Positions 55,326 to 64,000 of a stretch of DNA of 64,000 bases are shown here, piece by piece. The notes under the pieces are model-generated. The model searched no databases, was not told the DNA's origin, and saw only the letters and a list, made by a program, of their open reading frames with translations. A program made the translations under genes and the position numbers. Every line of letters begins with the position of its first letter. The first letter of the stretch is position 1. Origin of the DNA: Chitinophagales bacterium (lineage in GTDB: Bacteria > Bacteroidota > Bacteroidia > Chitinophagales > CAIODY01); assembly GCA_947452995.1 (NCBI GenBank), contig CANGEV010000010.1:4182-68181 (forward strand). Direction: 5' to 3'.

Positions 55326-58300
55326 ATGAAGAGAATAGCTAAATATTTGTGGTTGACGCTTTTGGTAGCTGGAATGGCTACAGCGTCTAAGGCCGACCAG
55401 ATTCATGGTATGAAACCAAGTCGTCCTGTAAATACTAAAGCATCTGCCTGTGCTTCTGCAACAGCGCAAATTGATTTGGACATCAACAACGTTCGTGCAT
55501 TAATCATGAATGGTGGTGATATGTGGTGGGATCGTGGCTTGCAGGTAGCGCGTTATGAAGTGCCAAAAATTGATCCGCCGGGATCAGCTCAATCTGTGAG
55601 TTCATTATTTGCGGCATCCATTTGGGTGGGAGGTATTGATAATGCAGGTAACTTACGTGTTGCTGCACAAACATATCGTCAAGGTGGTAATGACTATTAT
55701 CCTGGTCCGTTGGATGCAACAGGGTCTGTAGATCAACAGACTTGTACCAACTATGATCGTTTCTGGAAGTTAAATCTTACAGATATCCAAACGTACAAAG
55801 CGTTAGGAACAAAAACTGTGTCGAATGTCCCAAAAGCAATTTTGGAATGGCCTGCAAAAGGGAATCCTTACGCTGTAGGTACTAATAGTACTTCATTGGT
55901 TATTAACGATCAATTGGCTCCTTTCTTTGACGTTGATAATGATCAAAGTTACGATCCATTATCAGGTGATTATCCTGCATTCGATCCTACAGATACAACC
56001 GTAATGCCTGATCAAATGATTTGGTGGGTTTATAATGATAAAGGAAATATTCACACGGAGACAACTGCTGATCCAATTGGTTTGCAAGTGAATGCTACTG
56101 CATTTGCTTACTCGACAAACGATGATATCAATAACATGACGTTCTATCGTTATGATTTGTTCAACAAGGGTAACTACACATTGGATAGTGCTTTCATTGC
56201 ACAATGGGTAGATCCGGATTTAGGTTGTGCAAATGATGACTATATTGGTTGTGATACTTCAGGCACAGCAATGGGTAGTGGAACAGGTTTGGGTATTTGT
56301 TATAATGCGGATGCATTTGACGAAGCTTGTCCTGCAGGTTATTTGAGTAATGTTCCGATGGTGGGTATCGACTTCTTCCAAGGTCCTAAAAACGCACAAG
56401 GAAAAGTATTAGGAATGACAGGTTTCTACTACTATTATAATACTACACCTTCTACACAAGCAGATCCGCAAAATGCGGTTCAGTTTTATGGTTATATGAC
56501 CGGTACATGGCGTGATGGTACTGCATTTACATATGGTGGTAACGCACACTTAGGTGCATCCACAACCCATTTCGTTTACGCAGATGCTCCGAATTTATCA
56601 GGAACAAAACCTGGTTCTGGCTTGCCTTATTGGTCAATGTGTAATCCTACAGTTACACCGGGTGACTTGCGCGTTGTTGAATCTTCGGGTCCTTTCCAAT
56701 TGATTCCAGGTGCTAAGCAAACAGTGACTGTCGGTGTAGTTTGGGTTCGTCCAATTCAATACCCATGTCCTTCTTTCGCTGCAATTCTAAATGCGGATCG
56801 TAAAGCTCAAGGCTTGTTCGATGCAAACTTCCGTATCTTGAACGGTCCTGATGCTCCGGATATGTCTGTTAAGGAGTATGATAAGCAATTGGTAATTACG
56901 TTGACAAACCCTGCATCATCCAATAACTATGGTGAAAAATACATGGAGTTTGACAATACCATCTTGCCTTACGTTTCTGCAAATCCTGCAGCTCCAACAC
57001 ACCAAGATACATTAGATGCATCTTATCGTTTTGAGGGATACCAAATTTTCCAATTGAAGGATAATACCATATCGGCAGCAGAATTGCATGACATGAGCAA
57101 GGCTCGTGAAATTGCACAAGTTGATATTAAGAATGGAGTAACTAAGATTGTGAACTTTTCGAAAGATTTGAACATGAACGCCAACGTGCCAACTTTGGAA
57201 GTTAGCGGTACAGATCAAGGTATCAAGCATAGTTTTGTTGTAAATTCAGATGCCTTTGCAACAGGTAATACTGATTTGATTAATCACAAGACCTATTACT
57301 ATATGGTTATTGCATATTCATACAATAACTATAAGCAATTCTCTGACGCAGATCCTACTTCACAAGATGATCCTTATAAGCCGTCTCGTCGTCGTGTACG
57401 TGTTTATAGTGCAATTCCTCATATTGTTGATCCTGAAATGGGCGGTACTATTTTAAATTCTAAATATGGTGATCAACCGATTATCACTCGTGTTGAAGGT
57501 TACGGTAACGGAGGTAATTTCTTGAATTTGTCTCAGACATCTATCGACAAAATCATGCAAGATAATTTTGCTGATCGTTTGACATATGACACATTAGGCG
57601 GGCCAGTGAATGTCATGGTTACAGACCCAAAAAATGTAATGCCTTATAAATACAATTTGTACTTGATCGATTCAGTAGAAACTGCAATTGTACCAAACAA
57701 AAAAGATAGTTTGATTGCAACGGCATACTGGAAATTAGTGAATACGTCAACGGGTGAAGTACGTTATTCAGAAACCGACATGCAATTGGCTAATGAGCAA
57801 ATCTTTGATGATTGGGGCTTCTCTGTGAATGTAAAGCAAATAGCCTATGCAGGAACTAAGTTTAGTACTGGTGCAGGTTCATTTGTGAACATGGCTGAGA
57901 AGAATGGTTTCATAGGCTCTGAAGTTAAATTTGATGTTACTAAGATTTGGTACGGTGGTGTTCCTGATCAAGATGGCGACAATGAAATGAACTGGATTCG
58001 TTCAGGTACCTACAAATCTTCTGCTAATGCTTCATGGTCTGACTATGACATGGCTACTTCAAATCCTGCGGATAAAGATGCTGATTTTGAAAAGGTAGTA
58101 GAGGGCACATGGGCACCTTATCGTTTATGTGCGCATCAAAACGCGTTCCCAACGAGTGGAGCTGATTTGTCAGCAGCTATACTTCCTGCATTCGATGCAA
58201 CTTCGGTTAATTCCAACGCACACAAGTTGAATAACTTACCTAGCGTGGATATCGTTTTCACGAATGACAAATCTAAATGGACACGTTGCGTAGTAGTAGA

Positions 58301-59318
58301 AACAGATCCTGATCCAGTTCGTGTAGGATTGGCAAATGGTTTGAAATTACAAGCTCGCGCACATGATAGCTGGGTTTCTCCAAATGATTTGAATGCTGAT
58401 GGTTCACCTAAATATACTGAAGCATCAGTAGCGCATCCTGCTGGCTTGTCTTGGTTCCCTGGTTATGCAATTAACTTAGAAACAGGAGAGCGTTTGGATA
58501 TCATGTTTGGTGAAGACTCTTGGTTGTTAAGTGATAATGGAAATGATATGTTGTGGAATCCAACTTCTACTATGTTTGGAAAGACAGGTGAGGCTAAATA
58601 TGGTGGACGTCACTATATTTATGTAATGAATCATCGTTATGCTTACAATGGAAATGACCAGGATGGTAATCCGGCAACGAATTCTCCTGTGGCTTATTTG
58701 ACAAATCTTACATCAGGCAATGCGAATATTATTCGTACTGTTTATGAAGATGCACAATGGGTGAATGTACCTTTAGCGATTTCATCTTTCGGAATTAATT
58801 TAAAGTCTGCTAAGGAAGGAATTATCCCTTCTCCAGTGACTGTTAAATTGCGTGTCGCTAAGCCTTATGCTAAATACACTACAGGTTTGAATGCAGATCA
58901 TCCAAACTATCCATTGTATTCATTTGATATGGGTAATTTGGCTGCAAAAACTGCGAATGATTCAATGGCAAAATCTGCATTGGATTTGATTAACGTTGTA
59001 CCAAATCCGTACTATGCTTATTCTAACTATGAAACTAGTCAGATTGATACGCGTGTAAAGATTACCAATTTGCCTCCAAAATGTACGATCACTATCTATT
59101 CTGTAGATGGAACTATGATTCGTCAGTACAAGCGTGATAATGATTCAGAAACATTCTTGGATTGGGATTTGAAGAATAGTGCAAACATCCCTGTATCGAG
59201 TGGATTGTACTTGATTCATATTTCTGCACAGGGATTAGGTGATAAAGGGAATGCTCCTGCACAGCGTGTCATCAAATGGTTTGGTGTTATGCGTCCAATT
59301 GATTTAAATACTTTCTAA
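55326..59318 (+). CDS. 1330-aa secreted protein of unknown function with a T9SS type-A C-terminal sorting domain
   Basis: ATG 55326 gives MKRIAKYLWLTLLVAGMATASKA (signal peptide). The last ~95 aa are VVPNPYYAYSNYE...CTITIYSVDGTMIRQY...DWDLKNSANIPVSSGLYLIHISAQG...VIKWFGVM, the Por_Secre_tail pattern. Confidence 0.7.
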   Translation: MKRIAKYLWLTLLVAGMATASKADQIHGMKPSRPVNTKASACASATAQIDLDINNVRALIMNGGDMWWDRGLQVARYEVPKIDPPGSAQSVSSLFAASIWVGGIDNAGNLRVAAQTYRQGGNDYYPGPLDATGSVDQQTCTNYDRFWKLNLTDIQTYKALGTKTVSNVPKAILEWPAKGNPYAVGTNSTSLVINDQLAPFFDVDNDQSYDPLSGDYPAFDPTDTTVMPDQMIWWVYNDKGNIHTETTADPIGLQVNATAFAYSTNDDINNMTFYRYDLFNKGNYTLDSAFIAQWVDPDLGCANDDYIGCDTSGTAMGSGTGLGICYNADAFDEACPAGYLSNVPMVGIDFFQGPKNAQGKVLGMTGFYYYYNTTPSTQADPQNAVQFYGYMTGTWRDGTAFTYGGNAHLGASTTHFVYADAPNLSGTKPGSGLPYWSMCNPTVTPGDLRVVESSGPFQLIPGAKQTVTVGVVWVRPIQYPCPSFAAILNADRKAQGLFDANFRILNGPDAPDMSVKEYDKQLVITLTNPASSNNYGEKYMEFDNTILPYVSANPAAPTHQDTLDASYRFEGYQIFQLKDNTISAAELHDMSKAREIAQVDIKNGVTKIVNFSKDLNMNANVPTLEVSGTDQGIKHSFVVNSDAFATGNTDLINHKTYYYMVIAYSYNNYKQFSDADPTSQDDPYKPSRRRVRVYSAIPHIVDPEMGGTILNSKYGDQPIITRVEGYGNGGNFLNLSQTSIDKIMQDNFADRLTYDTLGGPVNVMVTDPKNVMPYKYNLYLIDSVETAIVPNKKDSLIATAYWKLVNTSTGEVRYSETDMQLANEQIFDDWGFSVNVKQIAYAGTKFSTGAGSFVNMAEKNGFIGSEVKFDVTKIWYGGVPDQDGDNEMNWIRSGTYKSSANASWSDYDMATSNPADKDADFEKVVEGTWAPYRLCAHQNAFPTSGADLSAAILPAFDATSVNSNAHKLNNLPSVDIVFTNDKSKWTRCVVVETDPDPVRVGLANGLKLQARAHDSWVSPNDLNADGSPKYTEASVAHPAGLSWFPGYAINLETGERLDIMFGEDSWLLSDNGNDMLWNPTSTMFGKTGEAKYGGRHYIYVMNHRYAYNGNDQDGNPATNSPVAYLTNLTSGNANIIRTVYEDAQWVNVPLAISSFGINLKSAKEGIIPSPVTVKLRVAKPYAKYTTGLNADHPNYPLYSFDMGNLAAKTANDSMAKSALDLINVVPNPYYAYSNYETSQIDTRVKITNLPPKCTITIYSVDGTMIRQYKRDNDSETFLDWDLKNSANIPVSSGLYLIHISAQGLGDKGNAPAQRVIKWFGVMRPIDLNTF

Positions 59319-59340
59319 AGAATTCAAACGCACGATCAAT

Positions 59341-60429
59341 ATGAAACTAATTAATAAAATTGCTTTAGGTCTTGCTGTTACAGCTTTGGGTTGTTTTACA
59401 ACTGCAGAAGCTGGAAATAAAGATCGTACCGGTCAGGCCGGCGCATACGAATTGCTAATCAATCCTTATGCTAGAAGTGGTGGATGGAGTGGTTTGAATA
59501 CTGCTTGTATTAAAGGTATAGAGGCTTCACGTATTAATGTGGCTGGTTTATCTTTTACTGAAAAAACGGAAGTCGTTTTTGCACGTAGCAGTTATTTAGC
59601 ATTAAAAGGTAGCGATATGGCTATTAATAACTTCGGGATTGCACAACACGTAGGTGGCGAAGACGGAGGTGTTTTAGGCTTGTCAGTGATGTCAATGACT
59701 TTTGGTGAAATTCCAATTACGACTACGGAAGTTCCGGATGTTGTCGGAGGGGTTGCTACATTAGGAACCTATAAGCCGCAGTTCATGAATATTGGCTTAT
59801 CTTATGCTAAGAAGTTTTCTGATGCGATTCAAGGGGGAATGGGTGTTACTATTATTTCAGAAGCTATTCCAAATGCAAAAGCACAAGGTGTTGCATTGGA
59901 TGCGGGTATTCAATATGTAACTGGTCCGAAGGATAATATCCACTTTGGTATTTCATTGCGCAATGTGGGTACGCCGATGCAGTTCCGTGGAGATGGTTTA
60001 TCATTCTCAAACATAGCGTTAAATGGAAGATATTTGTTAACGCAAGAAATGCGTTCTCAAATGTTTGAATTGCCATCTCTTTTAAATATTGGTTTAGCTT
60101 ATGATTTCTATCCTGTGCCTAAAATGGCGGACGTTCATCGTTTGACTGTTGCAGGTAATTTTACTTCAAACTCATTTACCAAAGATCAGTTCGGATTAGG
60201 AATGGAATATGGCTATCGTAATACATTGATGGCTCGTGTGGGTTATCGTTACCAGCAAGGTGGTTTGAATGTCGCAACTCGTGGCAATGTTTATAACGGC
60301 TTACGTGCAGGTATTACATTTGAAACTCCATTGAAGAAGGATGGTCCTGTTTTCGGATTGGATTATGCTTACGGAGCAACAAATCCATTTAATGGCACGC
60401 ATACCATTGGTGTTCGTTTAGGATTGTAA
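59341..60429 (+). CDS. PorV/PorQ-family (FadL-like) T9SS-associated outer-membrane barrel protein
   Basis: 362 aa with a signal peptide. The N-terminal pattern is GNKDRTGQAGAYELLINPYARSGGWSGLNTACIKGIEASRINVAGLSF. The rest is alternating beta-strand sequence. Confidence 0.6.
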   Translation: MKLINKIALGLAVTALGCFTTAEAGNKDRTGQAGAYELLINPYARSGGWSGLNTACIKGIEASRINVAGLSFTEKTEVVFARSSYLALKGSDMAINNFGIAQHVGGEDGGVLGLSVMSMTFGEIPITTTEVPDVVGGVATLGTYKPQFMNIGLSYAKKFSDAIQGGMGVTIISEAIPNAKAQGVALDAGIQYVTGPKDNIHFGISLRNVGTPMQFRGDGLSFSNIALNGRYLLTQEMRSQMFELPSLLNIGLAYDFYPVPKMADVHRLTVAGNFTSNSFTKDQFGLGMEYGYRNTLMARVGYRYQQGGLNVATRGNVYNGLRAGITFETPLKKDGPVFGLDYAYGATNPFNGTHTIGVRLGL

Positions 60430-60452
60430 TTCAATTTAAAATTTTAATATGG

Positions 60453-60490
60453 CAGGGTGCTTGTTCGCAAGTACCCTGTTTTCTTTTTTT
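60453..60490 (+). terminator. Rho-independent terminator closing the three-gene operon
   Basis: The hairpin is CAGGGTGCTTG-TTCG-CAAGTACCCTG (11 bp including one G-U), followed by TTTTCTTTTTTTT. Confidence 0.85.
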
Positions 60491-60511
60491 TATCAAATAA
60501 CACAAATTCAT

Positions 60512-60982
60512 ATGGCTTACATTTATTTGTCGCAAGAAGGAATGGACAATTTGAAAAATGAGTTGAACGAGTTGCGTACTAAGGGACGTCAAGAAATTGC
60601 TCGTCAAATCGCTGAAGCGCGCGATAAAGGCGATTTAAGTGAGAATGCTGAATATGACGCAGCGAAAGAAGCGCAAGGTCATCACGAGGCTAAAATTGCC
60701 AAATTAGAAGATATGCTTTCTAATGCTCGTGTGATGGACACTTCGACATTGGACCTTTCAAAGGTTTCGGTGATGTGTAGTGTTCGTGTGAAGAATTTGA
60801 AGATTAAAAAAGAACAAGTGTTTCAGTTAGTGTCTGAAAAAGAAGCGAACTTGAAAGAAGGTAAAATATCAGTGAATTCACCAATTGGAAAAGGACTATT
60901 GGGAAAGAAAGTGGGTGAAAAAGCCGAAATCACTGTGCCAGCAGGTAATTTAGAATTTCAAATTCTTGAAATTTTCATTTAA
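60512..60982 (+). CDS. greA: Transcription elongation factor GreA
   Basis: ATG 60512 gives MAYIYLSQEGMDNLKNELNELRTKGRQEIARQIAEARDKGDLSENAEYDAAKE. The upstream extension in the track would run through the terminator. Confidence 0.95.
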   Translation: MAYIYLSQEGMDNLKNELNELRTKGRQEIARQIAEARDKGDLSENAEYDAAKEAQGHHEAKIAKLEDMLSNARVMDTSTLDLSKVSVMCSVRVKNLKIKKEQVFQLVSEKEANLKEGKISVNSPIGKGLLGKKVGEKAEITVPAGNLEFQILEIFI

Positions 60983-60984
60983 TT

Positions 60985-61377
60985 ATGCCTAGTATTTTTT
61001 CACGCATCATTAATAAAGAAATCCCTTGTCATTTGATTGCAGAAAACGATCAATACATGGCGTTTTTGGATGTCATGCCTTTACGTGAAGGGCACACATT
61101 GGTAGTACCGAAAAATGAAGTAGACTATATTTTTGATTTGTCTTCAGAAGAGTTGGCTGGTTTATTAGAATTTGCACGACCCATTGCAAAAGCGATTGAG
61201 AAGGTGGTTCCCTGTCAGCGAATAGGATTGAGTGTTATTGGCTTGGAAGTGCCTCATACGCACGTGCACTTAGTACCGATTGATACAGCGAATGATTTGA
61301 ATTTTACACGTACAAAAATGCCGGCAGATCAAGGTAAGTTGGCTGAGGTGGCGGCGAAGATTCGTGCACAACTTTAA
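60985..61377 (+). CDS. HIT-family (histidine triad) protein
   Basis: 130 aa. The histidine triad is VPHTHVHLVP. Confidence 0.9.
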   Translation: MPSIFSRIINKEIPCHLIAENDQYMAFLDVMPLREGHTLVVPKNEVDYIFDLSSEELAGLLEFARPIAKAIEKVVPCQRIGLSVIGLEVPHTHVHLVPIDTANDLNFTRTKMPADQGKLAEVAAKIRAQL

Positions 61378-61396
61378 TAGATAAAATTCAGAAATT

Positions 61397-63772
61397 ATGA
61401 AGGCTAGAAGAATTCTTGTATGGATAGGAATCTTTTTAGCCTTTTTTATTTTTTGTCAATCAAATATATATGCGCAGTCTTGTTTGCGTGGTCGAATAAG
61501 ATTTAGCAATCATGATGATAAAGGACAAGCATTAATTGGCTCAAATAATCCGCCATTGGCAGATATTTATGCGAATGATTTACAGGTAGGCACGAGTGTT
61601 GATTCGTTAGGTTATTTTCATATATGTGATATCCCGCGTGGGGAGCATATTTTTACTGTTTCAAGTATTGGTTTTGAAACAGTCCGGTTCACGATTAAAA
61701 CACAATCTGACACCTTCGTGGAGATTAGATTATTACAACGTGTTTTAGAAACTGCAGAATTAACTGTTACGGGTGTAACCCGTGCAGGTGATATGAAGAC
61801 GAATGCACAAGCATTGCAAATCGTGGACACGCGGATATGGGAGCGAAATAATTCACAAGGCTTGGTACAGGTTCTTGCCACACAGCCGGGAATTTCAGCG
61901 ATAAGTACTGGTGCTGCTATTGCTAAGCCGGTTATTAGAGGTTTAGGCTATAATCGCATTGTGACGGTGAGTGATGGTGTTAGGCAGGAAGGTCAACAAT
62001 GGGGAGACGAGCATGGTATTGAAATCGATGACTTTGGTATTGCGAAAGTGGAAGTATTGAAGGGGCCCGGCAGCTTGATGTATGGAAGTGATGCAAATGC
62101 AGGGGTGATAAATATTATAGATCCTTTACCTGATAGAAAGCAATTGATACGAGGTAAAGTAATGTTAGGGTATCAAGATAATAATGGTCAGCGTAATACT
62201 GCTGCTGTTTTAAGTGGAGGGAAAAATCATTGGTCTTATGCAGTGCGAACCTCTTCGAAAGATGCGCATTGTTATCAAAATAATAGAGATGGTTTTGTGG
62301 CGAATAGTGGCTTCAGTAATTCTTCGATGAAGGCAACGCTTACTACTCATCGTAAGTGGGGTTATACGCAGCTTGTTTATTCAGCCTATCGGATGAAGCT
62401 TGGAATAATAGAAGGTGAACGTGATAGCAGTGGGCATTTTGTTACGCCGCAATTGAGTGGTGGAAATATTGTTTTGCGAAGCAATACAGACAGTATATAT
62501 AAGTTATATGATTTACAGTTTCCGCAGCAAGAAATATGGCATCAAAAAATTGTTTCGAATAGTCGTTTATTTTTTGGAAAACGAAATTTGAAAATGATTT
62601 ACGCATTTCAAGAGAACATACGAAAAGAGATAGCTTCTGCATTCACCATGAATGCGCCTGATTTGGTTATGCGCTTAAGAACGGGAACCTATCAATTACA
62701 GTTGAATGGTTCGACCATGAAGGAACGTAATTGGTCGGTGGGTATGAGTGGGATGGTACAGCGTTCGTTGAATTTAGGAGCAGAAAAATTGATAGCTGAT
62801 TACGCGTTAGTGGATGCGGGTGTTTACGGACTTTTATTTGGTGAATGGAAGGGTGTGTATTGGCAAACGGGCTTACGTTATGATAATCGATGGATGCATT
62901 GGAATGGGATAGGAAAAGCATTTGGCGGATTTTCAGGTAGTGCAGGAGCGAGCTATAAATTCGCGAAGACGCATTATGTGAAGTTGAATTTTTCAAAGGG
63001 GTTTCGAGCACCGAATGCGGCAGAGTTGACCAGCGATGGAGTGCACGAAGGTGCTCTACGTTATGAAATTGGGAATGCTAATTTAAAGGCTGAAAGTTCT
63101 TTGCAGGTAGATGTTCAGTTACTTATGAACTGGCAACATTTTTCGATTAGTAGCAGTTTGTTTCAAAATAACATCAGTAATTTTATTTATATAACGAAGC
63201 TTCAGAATTATAAGGGCTTGGATTCAATGACGCAAGACGTTCCTGTGTTCGAATTTAATGGTCAGCGGGCGCTTTTGCGTGGTTTTGAGTTGCAATACGA
63301 TTATCATCCTCACCCATTGGATTGGTTGCATATTGGGCAAAGTTTGTCGTATGTTCAAGCGCACTTTGTTGGGGTGCAGGACATGGAGCGATATTATTTA
63401 CCAAGTATTCCGCCTATGCGTTTGAACAGTAATATAGAAGTTGAGTTAAGTAAGTTGGGGCATTATTTAAGCAATGTAGAATTAGGAATGAATTATATGT
63501 ATGTGTGGCAGCAAAAATTGATATACAGTGCTTATGGAGCGGAGAATGCTACGGCAGCTTATGGCTTGTTGAATGCACAAATTTCAACAGATATTAATAC
63601 AAAGGTTTTCGAAAGTTTAAATGTGGTGATCAGCGGGAATAACTTATTAGATGAGGTGTATCAGGATCATTTAAGTCGATTGAAGTATGCACCGATTAAT
63701 TATTCGAATGGTTATGGAGGCGTTTGGAATATGGGGCGGAGTATATCGGTTCAGGTAATGATAGGGATATAA
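61397..63772 (+). CDS. TonB-dependent receptor
   Basis: 791 aa with a signal peptide and a CarboxypepD_reg-like N-terminus. The plug has VRQEGQQWGDEHGIEID and VEVLKGPGSLMYGSDA, followed by a 22-strand-type barrel. Confidence 0.85.
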   Translation: MKARRILVWIGIFLAFFIFCQSNIYAQSCLRGRIRFSNHDDKGQALIGSNNPPLADIYANDLQVGTSVDSLGYFHICDIPRGEHIFTVSSIGFETVRFTIKTQSDTFVEIRLLQRVLETAELTVTGVTRAGDMKTNAQALQIVDTRIWERNNSQGLVQVLATQPGISAISTGAAIAKPVIRGLGYNRIVTVSDGVRQEGQQWGDEHGIEIDDFGIAKVEVLKGPGSLMYGSDANAGVINIIDPLPDRKQLIRGKVMLGYQDNNGQRNTAAVLSGGKNHWSYAVRTSSKDAHCYQNNRDGFVANSGFSNSSMKATLTTHRKWGYTQLVYSAYRMKLGIIEGERDSSGHFVTPQLSGGNIVLRSNTDSIYKLYDLQFPQQEIWHQKIVSNSRLFFGKRNLKMIYAFQENIRKEIASAFTMNAPDLVMRLRTGTYQLQLNGSTMKERNWSVGMSGMVQRSLNLGAEKLIADYALVDAGVYGLLFGEWKGVYWQTGLRYDNRWMHWNGIGKAFGGFSGSAGASYKFAKTHYVKLNFSKGFRAPNAAELTSDGVHEGALRYEIGNANLKAESSLQVDVQLLMNWQHFSISSSLFQNNISNFIYITKLQNYKGLDSMTQDVPVFEFNGQRALLRGFELQYDYHPHPLDWLHIGQSLSYVQAHFVGVQDMERYYLPSIPPMRLNSNIEVELSKLGHYLSNVELGMNYMYVWQQKLIYSAYGAENATAAYGLLNAQISTDINTKVFESLNVVISGNNLLDEVYQDHLSRLKYAPINYSNGYGGVWNMGRSISVQVMIGI

Positions 63773-63803
63773 AAAAAAGCCGAACGATTGTTCGGCTTTT
63801 TTA
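63772..63803. terminator. Bidirectional terminator between convergent genes
   Basis: The hairpin is GCCGAAC-GATT-GTTCGGC. It is flanked by an A-run (63771-63778) and a T-run (63797-63802). Confidence 0.8.
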
Positions 63804-63819
63804 TTGCGTAGTTGATGAA

Positions 63820-64000
63820 TTATTTGATGCTATGCATTCTTTTTAATAGATCGATTTCAGATTGCTTTGACTTGATTATTTCATCTTTAGCAAGAATCAA
63901 ATCTTTATAAATTGCTTCGTATTCTTGAAGAGAACTGTTTTTGTAAATAACATTATCACCTCCTGTTCTAGAACTGAAATCGTTTAAAACAGGTCTACTG
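63820..64000 (-). CDS. C-terminal fragment of a hypothetical protein (gene runs off the window)
   Basis: Hand translation of the reverse strand gives ...SRPVLNDFSSRTGGDNVIYKNSSLQEYEAIYKDLILAKDEIIKSKQSEIDLLKRMHSIK, with the stop at 63822-63820. The frame stays open to the window edge, and I recognise no family. Confidence 0.3.
   Translation of the reverse strand, partial: SRPVLNDFSSRTGGDNVIYKNSSLQEYEAIYKDLILAKDEIIKSKQSEIDLLKRMHSIK

Noticed and set aside
55326-59318. The 1330-aa protein as PorU, the T9SS sortase normally encoded next to porV
   Set aside because: I could not find the gingipain-like C25 peptidase pattern (for example a YAGHG-type catalytic His region followed by a Cys motif). 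The N-terminal region is also unlike PorU as I remember it. This rests on memory and should be confirmed with the PorU HMM.

Overview
This 64-kb window looks like a chromosomal segment of a Bacteroidota bacterium. The assignment rests on the 16S rRNA gene, Bacteroidetes-type TTTG-N18-21-TAnnTTTG promoters, no Shine-Dalgarno sequences at the starts I inspected, and T9SS type-A and type-B C-terminal sorting domains. Finer taxonomy needs a database search. I support about 57 protein genes plus one complete rRNA operon (16S, tRNA-Ile GAT, tRNA-Ala TGC, 23S, 5S; 45402-50431). Most genes are housekeeping: rpiB, hemD, efp, accB/accC, atpBEFHAG, an E2 acyltransferase, obg, nadD, paaBCD, greA, a HIT protein, a SulP transporter with a beta-carbonic anhydrase, a PpiD-like chaperone, and several outer-membrane proteins. 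Seven things deserve a second look. (1) A promoter-to-terminator three-gene operon (51.5-60.5 kb) links an oversized TonB-dependent-receptor-like barrel, a 1330-aa T9SS type-A cargo of unknown function, and a PorV/PorQ-family barrel, with no porU nearby. (2) An ABC/HlyD/TolC export cluster has a nucleotide-binding domain that is degenerate in the Q-loop, signature, Walker B Asp and H-loop. (3) A translationally coupled photolyase-related operon contains a photolyase-like protein that appears circularly permuted and a 49-aa DUF2256 gene missing from the ORF track. (4) A dispersed family of 7-nt-periodic intergenic repeats has one copy expanded to 21 heptads. (5) An AT-rich 2.6-kb islet encodes an XRE regulator and small secreted proteins. 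(6) Four tandem rRNA promoter modules of about 173 nt precede the 16S gene, and boxA-like elements and processing stems are visible. (7) The 16S anti-SD core carries a C-to-T change. All domain calls come from motif recognition by eye, with no searches run.
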